Below, piece after piece: positions 25,573 to 38,200 of a DNA stretch of 64,000 nt (the first letter of the stretch is position 1; each line of letters opens with the position of its first letter). Source of the stretch: Eledone cirrhosa (Eukaryota); assembly GCA_964016885.1 (NCBI GenBank), contig OZ024744.1:131316001-131380000 (forward strand). The letters run 5' to 3'. The notes below the pieces were generated by a model, which was given only the letters and a program-made list of their open reading frames with translations, was not told where the DNA came from and did no database searches. The position numbers and the translations under genes were made by a program.

Positions 25573-27372
25573 TTCGGGGTTAAGTTAAGTTGGGGTTAAA
25601 TTAAGTTAGGCTTAACTTAAGTTGGGGTTAAGTTAAATTGGGGGTAAGTTAAGTTCTGGGTAAGTTAAGTTGGGGTTAAGTTAAGTTGGGGTTAAGTTGG
25701 GGTTAAGTTAAGTTAGGGTTAAGTTAAGTTGGGGTTGAGTTAAGTTGGGGTTAAGTTAAGTTGGGGTTATGTTAAGTTGGGGTCAAGTTAAGTTGGGGTT
25801 AAAATTAAGTTGGGGTTAAATCAAGTTGGTGTTAAGTTAAGTTGGGGTTAATTTAGTTGGGGTTAAGTTAAGTTGGGGCTAAGTTAAGTTGGGGCTAAGT
25901 TAAGTTGGGGCTAAGTTAAGTTGGGGTTAAGTTAAGTTGGGGTTAAGTTAAGTTGGGGTTAATTTAAATTGGGGTTAAGTTAACTTCGTGGTTAAGTTAA
26001 GTTGGGGTTAAGTTAAGTTGGGGTTAAGTTAAGTTGGGGTTGAGTTAAGTTGGGGTTGAGTGAAGTTGGTGTTAAGTTAAGTTGGGGTTAAGTTGGCGTT
26101 AAGTTAAATTGGGGTTGAATTAAGTTGGGGTTGAGTTAATTTAGGGTTAAGTTAAGTTGGGGTTAAGTTAAGTTGGGTTTAAGTTAAGTTGGGGTTAAAT
26201 TAAGTTGGGGTTAAATTAAGTTGGGGTTAAGTTAAGTTGGGGGTAAGTTAAGTTGGTGTTAAGTTAAGTTGGGGTTAAGTTAAGTTGGGGTCAAGTTAAG
26301 TTGGGGTTAAAATTAAGTTTGGGTTAAGTCAAGTTGGGGTTAACTTAAGTTTGAGTTAATTTAGTTGGGGTTAAGTTAAGTTGGGGCTAAGTTAAGTTGG
26401 GGCTAAGTTAAGTTGGGGCTAAGTTAAGTTGGGGTTAAGTTAAGTTGGGGTTAAGTTAAGGTGGGGTTAATTTAAGTTGGGGTCAACTTAAATTGGGGAT
26501 AAGTTAAGTTGGGGTTACGTTAAGTTGGGGTTAAGTTAAGTTGGGGTTAAGTTAAGCTGGGGTTAAGTTAAGTTGGTGTTAAGTTAAGTTGGGGCTAAGT
26601 TAAGTTGGGGCTGAGTTAAGTTGGGGCTGAGTTAAGTTGGGGTTAATTTAAGTTGGGATTGAGTTAAGTTGGGGTTAAGTTAAGTTGGGGTTATATTAAG
26701 TTGAGGTTAAGTTAAGTTGGGGTTAAGTTAAGTTGGGGTTCAGTTAAGTTGCGGTTAAGTTCAGTTGGGGTTAAGTTAAGTTGGGGTTAAGTTAAGTTGG
26801 GGTTAAGTTAAGTTGGGGTCAAGTTAAGTTGGGGTTAAGTTAAGTTGGGATTAAGTTAAGTTGGGGTTAAGTTAAGTTGGGGTTAAGTTAAGTAGGGGTT
26901 AAGTTAAGTTGGGGTTAAGTTAAGTTGAGGTTAAGTTAAGTTGGGGTTAAATTAAGTTGGGGTTAATTTAAGTTGGGGTTAATTTAAGCTGGGGTTAAGT
27001 TAAGTTGGGGATAATTTAAGTTGGGGATAAGTTAAGTTGGGGTTAAGTTAAGTTGGGTTTAAGTTAAGTTGGGGTTAAGTTAAGTTGGGGTTAAGTTAAG
27101 TTGGTTAGTTAAGTTGAGTTTAAGTTAAGTTGGGGTTAACTTAAGTTGGGGTTAAGTTACGTTGGGGTTAAGTTAAGTTGGGGTTAAGTTAAGTTGGGGT
27201 TCAGTTAAGTTGGGGTTAAATCAAGTTGGGGTTAAGTTGGGGTTAAATTAATTTGGGGTTAAGTTAAGTTGGGGTTAAGTTAAGTTGGGGTTAAGTTAAG
27301 TTGGGGTTAAGTTAAGTTGGAGTTAAGTTAAGTTTGGGTTGAGTTAAGTTGGGGTTGAGTTAAATTGGGGTT

Positions 27373-27861
27373 AACTCCAACATAAGTTAACCCCAACTTA
27401 ACTTAACCCCAACTTCACTCAACCCCAACTTAACTTAACCCCAACTTCACTCAACCCCAACTTAACTCAACCCCAACTTAACTTAACCCCAACTTCACTC
27501 AACCCCAACTTATCTTAACCCCAACTTCACTCAACACCAACTTAACTCATCCCCAACTTAACTTAACCCCAACTTAACTTAACTCTAACTTAACTTAACC
27601 CCGACTTAACTTAACCTCGACTTAACTTAACCCCAACTTAATTTAACCCCAACTTAACTTAACCCCAACTTAACTTAACCACAAATTAACTTAACCCCAA
27701 CTTCAATTAACCCCAACTTAACTTAACCCCAACTTAACTTAACCCCAACTTAACTTAACCCCAACTTAACTCACACCCAACTTACCTTACCGCCAACTTA
27801 ACTTAACCCCAACTTGACTTAACCCCAACTTAACTTAACCCCAACTTAACTTAACCCCAAA
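27373..27861 (-). repeat. Inverted satellite cassette, type B (489 bp)
   Basis: Left junction GGGGTT|AACTCCAAC with the common right junction. B-specific markers CTTATCTT, AACCTCGAC, CTTCAATT and CTTACCTT. Followed by the AGGCCT palindrome. Confidence 0.97.
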
Positions 27862-30762
27862 TTCGGGGTTAAGTTATGTTGGGGTTAAGTTAAGTTAGGC
27901 CTAACTTAAGTTGGAGTTAAGTTAAGTTGGGGGTAAGTTAAGTTGGGGGTAAGTTAAGTTGGGGTTAAGTTAAGTTGGGGTTAAGTTGGGGTTAAGTTAA
28001 GTTAGGGTTAAGTTAATTTGGGGTTGAGTTAAGTTGGGGTTAAGTTAAGTGGTGGTTATGTTAAGTTGGGGTGAAGTTAACTGGGGTTAATTTAAATTGG
28101 TGTTAAGTTAACTTTGTGGTTAAGTTAAGTTGGGGTTAAGTTAAGTTGGGGTTAAGTTAAGTTGGGGTTGAGTTAAGTTGGGGTTGAGTGAAGTTGGGGT
28201 TAAGTTAAGTTGGGGTTAATTTAAGTTGGGGTTAAGTTAAATCGGAGTTAAGTTAAGTTGGGGTTGAGTTAAGTTGGCGTTAATTTAAGTTGGGGCTAAG
28301 TTAAGTTGGGGTTAAGTTAAGTTGAGGTTAAGTTAAGTTGGGGTTGAGTTAAGTTGGGGTTGAGTTAATTTGGGGTTAAGTTAAGTTGGGGTTAAGTTAA
28401 GTTGGGTTTAAGTTAAGTTGGGGTTAAATTAAGTTGGCGTTAAATTAAGTTGGGGTTAAGTTAAGTTGGGGGTAAGATAAGTTGGGGGCAAGTTAAGTTG
28501 GGGTTAAGTTAAGTTGCGGTTAAATTAAGTTGGGGTTAAGTTAAGTTGGGGTTATATTAAGTCGGGGTTAAGTTAAGTTGGTGTTCATTTAAGTTGGGGT
28601 TAAGTTAAGTTTGGGTTAAGTTGGGGTTAAATTAAGTTGGGGTTAAGTTAAGTTGGGGTTAAGTTAAGTTGGGGTTAAGTTAAGTTGGGGTTCAGTTAAG
28701 TTGGGGTTAAGTTAAGTTGGGGTTAAGATGGGGTTAAATTAAGTTGGGGTTAAGTTAAGTTGGGGTTAAGTTAAATTGGGGTTAAGTTAAGTTGGGGTTA
28801 AGTTAAGTCGGGGTTAAGTTAAGTCGGGGTTAAGTTAAGTTAGGGTTAAGTTAAGTTGGAGTTAAGTTAAGTTGGGGTTGAGTTAAGTTGGGGTTGAGTT
28901 AAATTGGGGTGGAGTTAAGTTGGGGTTGAGTTAAGTTGGTGTTGAGTTAAGTTGGGGTTAAGTTAAGTTGGGGTTAAGTTAAGTTGCAGTTAAGTTAAGT
29001 TGAGGTTAAGTTAAGTTGGGGTTAAGTTAAGTTGGGGTTAAGTTAAGTTGGGGCTAAGTTAAGTTGGGGCTAAGTTAAGTTGGGGCTAAGTTAAGTTGGG
29101 GTTCAGTTAAGTTGGGGTTAAGTTAAGTTTGGGTTAAGTTGGGGTTAAATTAAGTTGGGGTTAAGTTAAGTTGGGGTTTAGTTAAGTTGGGGTTAAGTTA
29201 AGTTGGGGTTAATTTAAGTTGGGGTTAAGTTAAGTTGGGGTTAAGTTAAGTGGTAGTTATGTTAAGGTGGGGTTAAGTTAAGTTGGGGTTAATTTAAATT
29301 GGGGTTAAGTTAACTTTGTGGTTAAGTTAAGTTGGGGTTAAGTTAAGTTGGGGTTAAGTTAAGTTGGGGTTCAGTTAAGTTGCGGTTAAGTTAAGTTGGG
29401 GTTAAGTTAAGTTGGGGTTAAGTTAAGTTGGGGTTAAGTTAAGTTGGGGTCAAGTTAAGTTGGGGTTAAGTTAAGTTGGGGTTAAGTTAAGTTGGTTAGT
29501 TAAGTTGAGTTTAATTTAAGTTGGGGTTAATTTAAGTTGGGGCTAAGTTAAGTTGGGGTTAAGTTAAGTTGGGGTTAAGTTAAGTTGGGGTTAAGTTAAT
29601 TTGGGGTTCAGTTAAGTTGGGGTTAAGTCAAGTTGGGGTTAAGTTGGGGTTAAATTAATCTGGGGTTAAGTTATTGTTGGGGTTAAGTTAAGTTGGGGTT
29701 AAGTTAAGTTGGGGTTAAGTTAAGTTGGGGTTAAGTTAATTTGGGGTTGAGTTAATTTGGGGTTAAGTTAAGTTGGGGTTAAGTTAAGTTGGGTTTAAGT
29801 TAAGTTGGGGTTAAATTAAGTTGGGGTTAAATTAAGTTGGGGTTAAGTTAAGTTGGGGGTAAGTTAAGTTAGGGGCAAGTTAAGTTGGGGTTAAGTTAAG
29901 TTGGGGTTAAATTAAGTTGGGGTTACGTTAAGTTGGTGTTAAGTTAAGTTGGGGTTAATTTAAGTTGGGGTTAATGAAGTTGGGGTTAAGTTAAGTTGGG
30001 GTTAAGTTAAGTTGGGGTTAATTTAAGTTGGGATTGAGTTAAGTTGGGGTTAAGTTAAGTTGGGTTATATTAAGTTGAGGTTAAGTTAAGTTGGGGTTAA
30101 GTTAAGTTGGGGTTCAGTTAAGTTGCGGTTAAGTTAAGTTGGGGTTAAGTTAAGTTGGGGTTAAGTTAAGTTGGGGTTAAGTTAAGTTGGGGTCAAGTTA
30201 AGTTGGGGTTAAGTTAAGTTGGGATTAAGTTAAGTTGGGGTTAAGTTAAGTTGGGGTTAAGTTAAGTAGGGGTTAAGTTAAGTTGGGGTTAAGTTAAGTT
30301 GAGGTTAAGTTAAGTTGGAGTTAAATTAAGTTGGGGTTAATTTAAGTTGGGGTTAATTTAAGCTGGGGTTAAGTTAAGTTGGGGATAATTTAAGTTGGGG
30401 ATGAGTTAAGTTGGGGTTAAGTTAAGTTGGGTTTACGTTAAGTTGGGGTTAAGTTAAGTTGGGGTTAAGTTAAGTTGGTTAGTTAAGTTGAGTTTAAGTT
30501 AAGTTGGGGTTAATTTAAGTTGGGGTTAAGTTACGTTGGGGTTAAGTTAAGTTGGGGTTAAGTTAAGTTGGGGTTCAGTTAAGTTGGGGTTAAATCATGT
30601 TGGGGTTAAGTTGGGGTTAAATTAATTTGGGGTTAAGTTAAGTTGGGGTTAAGTTAAGTTGGGGTTAAGTTAAGTTGGGGTTAAGTTAAGTTGGGGTTAA
30701 GTTAAGTTGGAGTTAAGTTAAGTTTGGGTTGAGTTAAGTTGGGGTTGAGTTAAATTGGGGTT

Positions 30763-31251
30763 AACTCCAACTTAAGTTAACCCCAACTTAACTTAACCGC
30801 AACTTCACTCAACCCCAACTTAACATAACCCCAACTTCACTCAACCCCAACTTAACTCAACCCCAACTTAACTTAACCCCAACTTCACTCAACCCCAACT
30901 TATCTTAACCCCAACTTCACTCAACCCCAACTTAACTCAACCCCAACTTAACTTAACCCCAACTTAACTTAACCCTAACTTAACTTAACCCCGACTTAAC
31001 TTAACCTCGACTTAACTTAACCCCAACTTAATTTAACCCCAACTTAACTTAACCCCAACTTAACTTAACCACAAATTAACTTAACCCCAACTTCAATTAA
31101 CCCCAACTTAACTTAACCCCAACTTAACTTAACCCCAACTTAACTTAACCCCAACTTAACTCACACCCAACTTACCTTACCCCCAACTTAACTTAACCCC
31201 AACTTGACTTAACCCCAACTTAACTTAACCCCAACTTAACTTAACCCCAAA
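30763..31251 (-). repeat. Inverted satellite cassette, type B (489 bp)
   Basis: Near-identical to 27373-27861 at offset 3390, with duplicated flanks on both sides. Confidence 0.97.
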
Positions 31252-33269
31252 TTCGGGGTTAAGTTATGTTGGGGTTAAGTTAAGTTAGGCCTAACTTAAG
31301 TTGGAGTTAAGTTAAGTTGGGGGTAAGTTAAGTTGGGGGTAAGTTAAGTTGGGGTTAAGTTAAGTTGGGGTTAAGTTGGGGTTAAGTTAAGTTAGGGTTA
31401 AGTTAAGTTGGGGTTGAGTTAAGTTGGGGTTAAGTTAAGTGGTGGTTATGTTAAGTTGGGGTGAAGTTAACTGGGGTTAATTTAAATTGGTGTTAAGTTA
31501 ACTTTGTGGTTAAGTTAAGTTGGGGTTAAGTTAAGTTGGGGTTAAGTTAAGTTGGGGTTGAGTTAAGTTGAGGTTGAGTGAAGTTGGGGTTAAGTTAAGT
31601 TGGGGTTAATTTAAGTTGGGGTTAAGTGAAATCGGAGTTAAGTTAAGTTGGGGTTGAGTTAAGTTGGCGTTAATTTAAGTTGGGGCTAAGTTAAGTTGGG
31701 GTTAAGTTAAGTTGAGGTTAAGTTAAGTTGGGGTTGAGTTAAGTTGGGGTTGAGTTAATTTGGGGTTAAGTTAAGTTGGGGTTAAGTTAAGTTGGGTTTA
31801 AGTTAAGTTGGGGTTAAATTAAGTTGGGGTTAAATTAAGTTGGGGTTAAGTTAAGTTGGGGGTAAGATAAGTTGGTCGCAAGTTAAGTTGGGGTTAAGTT
31901 AAGTTGGGGTTAAATTAAGTTGGGGTTAAGTTAAGTTGGGGTTATATTAAGTCGGGGTTAAGTTAAGTTGGTGTTCATTTAAGTTGGGGTTAAGTTAAGT
32001 TTGGGTTAAGTTGGGGTTAAATTAAGTTGGGGTTAAGTTAAGTTGGGGTTAAGTTAAGTTGGGGTTAAGTTAAGTTGGGGTTAAGTTAAGTTGGGGTTAA
32101 TTTAAGTTGGGGTTAAGTTAAGTTGCGGGTAATTTAAGTTGGGGTTAAGTTAAGTTGGGGTTAAGTTAAGTTGGGGTTAAGTTAAGTTGGGGTTAAGGTA
32201 AGTTGGGGTTAAGTTAAGTTGGGGCTAAGTTAAGTTGGGGCTGAGTTAAGTTGGGGTTAAGTTAAGTTGGGGTTAAGTTAAGTTGGGGTTAAGTTAAGTT
32301 GGGGTTAAGTTAAGTTGGGGTTGAGTTAAGTTGGGGTTAAGTTAAGTAGGGGTAAGTTAAGTTGGGGTTCAGTTAAGTTGGGGTTAAGTTAAGTTGGGGT
32401 TAAGATGGGGTTAAATTAAGTTGGGGTTAAGTTAAGTTGGGGTTAAGTTAAGTTGGGGTTAAGTTAATTTGGGGTTAAGTTAAGTCGGGGTTAAGTTAAG
32501 TCGGGGTTAAGTTAAGTTAGGGTTAAGTTAAGTTGGAGTTAAGTTAAGTTGGGGTTGAGTTAAGTTGGGGTTGAGTTAAATTGGGGTTGAGTTAAGTTGG
32601 GGTTGAGTTAAGTTGGTGTTGAGTTAAGTTGGGGTTAAATTAAGTTGGGGTTAAATTAAGTTGGGGTTAAGTAAATTTGGGGGTAAGTTAAGTTGGGGGC
32701 AAGTTAAGTTGGGGCTAAGTTAAGTTGGGGTTAAATTAAGTTGGGGTTACGTTAAGTTGGTGTTAAGTTAAGTTGGGGTTAATTTAAGTTGGGGTTAATT
32801 AAGTTAGGGTTAAGTTAAGTTGGGGTTAAGTTAAGTTGGGGTTAATTTAAGTTGGGGTTGAGTTAAGTTAGGGTTAAGTTAAGTTGGGGTTTATTAAGTT
32901 GGGGTTAAGTTAAGTTGGGGTTAAGTTAAGTTGGGGTTCAGTTAAGTTGCGGTTAAGTTAAGTTGGGGTTAAGTTAAGTTGGGGTTAAGTTAAGTTGGGG
33001 TTAAGTTAAGTTGGGGTCAAGTTAAGTTGGGGTTAAGTTAAGTTGGGGTTAAGTTAAGTTGGGGTTAATTTAAGTTGGGGTTAAGTTAAGTTGGGGTTAA
33101 GTTAAGTTGGGGTTAATTTAAGTTGGGGTTAAGTTAAGTTGGGGTTCAGTTAAGTTGGGGTTAAGTCAAGTTGGGGTTAAGTTGGGGTTAAATTAATTTG
33201 GGGTTAAGTTAAGTTGGGGTTAAGTTAAGTTGGGGTTATTTTAAGTTGGGGTTAAGTTAAGTTGTGGTT

Positions 33270-33694
33270 AACCCCAACTTCACTCAACCCCACCTTAACT
33301 CAACCCCAACTTAACTTAACCCCAACTTCACTCAACCCCAACTTAACTTAACCCCAACTTCACTCAACCCCAACTTAAATCAACCCCAACTTAACATAAC
33401 CCCAACTTAACTTAACCCTAACTTAACTTAACCCCGACTTAACTTAACTTCGACTTAACTTAACCCCAACTTAACTTAACCCCAACTTAACTTAACCCCA
33501 ACTTAACTTAACCACAAATTAACTTAACCCCAACTTAAATTAACCCCAACTTAAATTAACCCCAACTTAACTTAACCCCAACTTAACTTAACCCCAACTT
33601 AACTCACACCCAACTTAACTTACCCCCAACTTAACTTAACCCCAACTTGACTTAACCCCAAATTAACTTAACCCCAACTTAACTTAACCCCAAA
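33270..33694 (-). repeat. Inverted satellite cassette, type A (425 bp)
   Basis: Junctions TGTGGTT|AACCCC and CCCCAAA|TTCGGGG. Confidence 0.97.
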
Positions 33695-34796
33695 TTCGGG
33701 GTTAAGTTAAGTTGGGGTTAAGTTAAGTTAGGCTTAACTTATGTTGGGGTTAAGTTAAGTTGGGGGTAAGTTAAGTTCTGGGTAAGTTAAGTTGGGGTTA
33801 AGTTAAGTTGGGGTTAAGTTGGGGTTAAGTTAAGTTAGGGTTAAGTTAAGTTGGGGTTGAGTTAAGTTGGGGTTAAGTTAAGTTAGGGTTAAGTTAAGTT
33901 GGGGTCAAGTTAAGTTGGGGTTAAAATTAAGTTGGGGTTAAGTCAAGTTGGGGCTAAGTTAAGTTGGGGCTAAGTTAAGTTGGGGCTACGTTAAGTTGGG
34001 GTTAAGTTAAGTTGGGGTTAAGTTAAGTTGGGGTTAATTTAAATTGGGGTTAAGTTAACTTTGTGGTTAAGTTAAGTTGGGGTAAAGTTAAGTTGGGGTT
34101 AAGTTAAGTTGGGGTTGAGTTAAGTTGGGGTTGATTCAAGTTGGGGTTAAGTTAAGTTGGGGTTAAGTTAAGTTGGCGTTTATTTAAGTTGGGGTTGAGT
34201 TAAGTTGGGGTTGAGTTAATTTAGGGTTAAGTTAAGTTGGGGTTAAGTTAAGTTGTGTTTAAGTTAAGTTGGGGTTAAATTAAGTTGGGGTTAAGTTAAG
34301 TTGGGGGTAAGTTAAGTTGGGGTTAAGTTAAGTTGTGGTTAAGTTAAGTTGGGGTTAAGTTAAGTTGGGGTCAAGTTAAGTTGGGGTTAAAATTAAGTTG
34401 GGGTTAAGTCAAGTTGGGGTTAAGTTAAGTTGGGGTTAATTTAGTTGGGGTTAAGTTAAGTTGGGGCTAAGTTAAGTTGGGGCTAAGTTAAGTTGCGGCT
34501 AAGTTAAGTTGGGGTTAAGTTAAGTTGGGGTTAAGTTAAGGTGGGGTTAATTTAAGTTGGGGTCAACTTAAATTGGGGTTAAGTTAAGTTGGTTAGTTAA
34601 GTTGAGTTTAAGTTAAGTTGGGGTTAATTTAAGTTGGGGTTAAGTTAAGTTGGGGTTAAGTTAAGTTGGGGTTAAGTTAAGTTGGGGTTAAGTTAATTTG
34701 GGGTTCAGTTAAGTTGGGGTTAAGTCAAGTTGGGGTTAAGTTGGGGTTAAATTAAGTTGGGGTTAAGTTAATTCGTGGTTAAGTTAAGTTGGGGTT

Positions 34797-35221
34797 AACC
34801 CCAACTTCACTCAACCCCACCTTAACTCAACCCCAACTTAACTTAACCCCAACTTCACTCAACCCCAATTTAACTTAACCCCAACTTCACTCAACCCCAA
34901 CTTAACTCAACCCCAACTTAACTTAACCCCAACTTAACTTAACGCTAACTTAACTTAACCCCGACTTCACTTAACTTCGACTTAACTTAACCCCAACTTA
35001 ACTTAACCCCAACTTAACTTAACCCCAACTTAACTTAACCACAAATTAACTTAACCCCAACTTAAATTAACCCCAACTTAAATTAACCCCAACTTAACTT
35101 AACCCCAACTTAACTTAACCCCAACTTAACTCACACCCAACTTAACTTACCCCCAACTTAACTTAACCCCAACTTGACTTAACCCCAACTTAACTTAACC
35201 CCAACTTAACTTAACCCCAAA
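34797..35221 (-). repeat. Inverted satellite cassette, type A with AATTCGTGG flank (425 bp)
   Basis: Perfect left junction AAGTTGGGGTT|AACCCCAACTT. Markers AACGCTAA and CCGACTTCAC. Confidence 0.97.
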
Positions 35222-38200
35222 TTCGGGGTTAAGTTAAGTTGGGGTTAAGTTAAGTTAGGCTTAACTTAAGTTGGGGTTAAGTTAAGTTGGGGGTAAGTTA
35301 AGTTCTGGGTAAGTTAATTTGGGGTTAAGTTAAGTTGGGGTTAAGTTGGGGTTAAGTTAAGTTAGGGTTAAGTTAAGTTGGGGTTGATTTAAGTTGGGGT
35401 TAAGTTAAGTTGGGGTTAAGTTAAGTTGGGGTCAAGTTAAGTTGGGGTTAAAATTAAGTTGGGGTTAAGTCAAGTTGGGGTTAACTTAAGTTGGGGTTAA
35501 TTTAGTTGGGGTTAAGTTAAGTTGGGGCTAAGATAAGTTGGGGCTAAGTTAAGTTGGGGCTAAGTTAAGTTGGGGTTAAGTTAAGTTAGGGTTAAGTTAA
35601 GTTGGGGTTAATTTAAATTGGGGTTAAGTTAACTTTGTAGCTAAGTTAAGTTGGGGTTAAGTTAAGTTGGGGTTAAGTTAAGTTGGGGTTGAGTTAAGTT
35701 GGGGTTGAGTGAAGTTGGGGTTGAGTTAAGTTGGGGTTGAGTTAATTTAGGGTTAAGTTAAGTTGGGGTAAAGTTAAGTTGTGTTTAAGTTAAGTTGGGG
35801 TTCAATTAAGTTGGGGTTAAATTAAGTTGGGGTTAAGTTAAGTTGGGGGAAAGTTAAGTTGGGGTTAAGTTAAGTTGGGGTTAAGTTAAGTTGGGGTTAA
35901 GTTAAGTTGGGGTCAAGTTAATTTGGGGTTAAAATTAAGTTGGGGTTAAATCAAGTTGGGGTTAAGTTAAGTTGGGGTTAATTTAGTTGGGGTTAAGTTA
36001 AGTTGGGGCTAAGTTAAGTTGGGGCTAAGTTAAGTTGGGGCTAAGTTAAGTTGGGGTTAAGTTAAGTTGGGGTTAAGTTAAGGTGGGGTTAATTTAAGTT
36101 GGGGTCAACTTAAATTGGGGTTAAGTTAAGTTGGGGTTAAGTTAAGTTGGGGTTAAGTTAAGTTGGGGTTAAGTTAAGTTGGTGTTAAGTTAAGTTGGGG
36201 CTTAGTTAAGTTGGGGCTGAGTTAAGTTGGGGCTGAGTTAAGTTGGGGTTAAGTTAAGTTGGGGTTGAGTTAAGTTGGGGTTAAGTTAAGTTGGGGTTAA
36301 GTTAAGTTGGGGTTAAGTTAAGTTGGGTTTAAGTTATGTTGGGGTTGAGTTAAGTTGGGGTTAAGTTAAGTTGGGGTTCAGTTAAGTTGGGGTTAAGTTA
36401 AGTTGGGGTTAAGATGGGGTTAAATTAAGTTGGGGTTAAGTTAAGTTGGGGTTAAGTTAAGTTGGGGTTAAGTTAAGTTGGGGTTAAGTTAAGTCGGGGT
36501 TAAGTTAAGTCGGGGTTAAGTTAAGTTAGGGTTAAGTTAAGTTGGGGCTAAGTTAAGTTGGGGCTAAGTTAAGTTGGGGCTAAGTTAAGTTGGGGTTCAG
36601 TTAAGTTGGGGTTAAGTTAAGTTTGGGTTAAGTTGGGGTTAAATTAAGTTGGGGTTAAGTTAAGTTGGGGTTTAGTTAAGTTGGGGTTAATTTAAGTTGG
36701 GGTTAATTTAAGTTGCGGTTAAGTTAAGTTGGGGTTAAGTTAAGTGGTGGTTATGTTAAGTTGGGGTTAAGTAAAGTTGGGGTTAATTTAAATTGGGGTT
36801 AAGTTAACTTTGTGGTTAAGTTAAGTTGGGGTTAAGTTAAGTTGGGGTTAATTTAAGTTGGGGTTAAGTTAAGTCGGGCTTAAGTTAAGTTGGGGTTGAG
36901 TTAAGTTGGGGTTAATTTAAGTTGGGGCTAAGTTAATTTGTGGTTAAGTTAAGTTGGGGTTAAGTTAAGTTGGGGTTAAGTTAAGTTGGGGTTGAGTTAA
37001 GTTGGGGTTGAGTTAATTTAGGGTTAAGTTAAGTTGGGGTTAAGTTAAGTTGGGTTTAAGTTAAGTTGGGGGTAAGTTAAGTTGGGGGCAAGTTAAGTTG
37101 GGGTTAAGTTAAGTTGGGGTTAAATTAAGTTGGGGTTAAGTTTAGTTGGTGTTAAGTTAAGTTGGGGTTTATTTAAGTTGGGGTTAATTAAGTTGGGGCT
37201 GAGTTAAGTTGGGGCTGAATTAAGTTGGGGTTAAGTTAAGTTGGGGTTGAGTTAAGTTGGGGTTAAGTTAAGTTGGGGTTAAGTTGAGTTGGGGTTAAGT
37301 TAAGTTGGGGTTTAGTTAAGTTGGGGTTCAGTTAAGTTGGGGTTAAGTTGGGGTTAAATTAATTTGGGGTTAAGTTAAGTTGGGGTTTAGTTTAGTTGGG
37401 GTTAAATTAAGTTGGAGTTAATTTAAGTTGGGGTTAAGTTAAGTTGCGGGTAATTTAAGTTGGGGTTAAGTTAAGTTGGGGTTAAGTTAAGTTGGGGGTA
37501 AGTTAAGTTGGGGGTAAGTTAAGTTGGGGGTAAGTTAAGTTGGGGTTAAGTTAAGTTGGGGTTAAGTTAAGTTAGGGTTAAGTTAAGTTGGGGTTGAGTT
37601 AAGTTGGGGTTAAGTTAAGTTGGGGTTATGTTAAGTTGGGGTTAAGTTAAGTTGGTTCGTTAAGTTGAGTTTAAGTTAAGTTGGGGTTAATTTAAGTTGG
37701 GGTTAAGTTAAGTTGGGGTTAAGTTAAGTTGGGGTTAATTTAAATTGGGGTTAAGTTAACTTTGTGGCTAAGTTAAGTTGGGGTTAAGTTAAGTTGGGGT
37801 TAAGTTAAGTTGGGGTTGAGTTAAGTTGGGGTTGAGTGAAGTTGGGGTTAAGTTACGTTGGGGTTAAGTTAAGTTGGCGTTAAGTTAAGTTGGGGTTGAG
37901 TTAAGTTTGGGTTGAGTTAATTTAGGGTTAAGTTAAGTTGGGGTAAAGTTAAGTTGGGTTTAAGTTAAGTTGGGGTTAAATTAAGTTGGGGTTAAATTAA
38001 GTTGGGGTTAAGTTAAGTTGGGGGTAAGTTAAGTTGGGGTTAAGTTAAGTTGGGGTTAAGTTAAGTTGGGGTTAAGTTAAGTTGGGGTCAAGTTAATTTG
38101 GGGTTAAAATTAAGTTGGGGTTAAATCAAGTTGGGGTTAAGTTAAGTTGGGGTTAATTTAGTTGGGGTTAAGTTAAGTTGGGGCTAAGTTAAGTTGGGGC

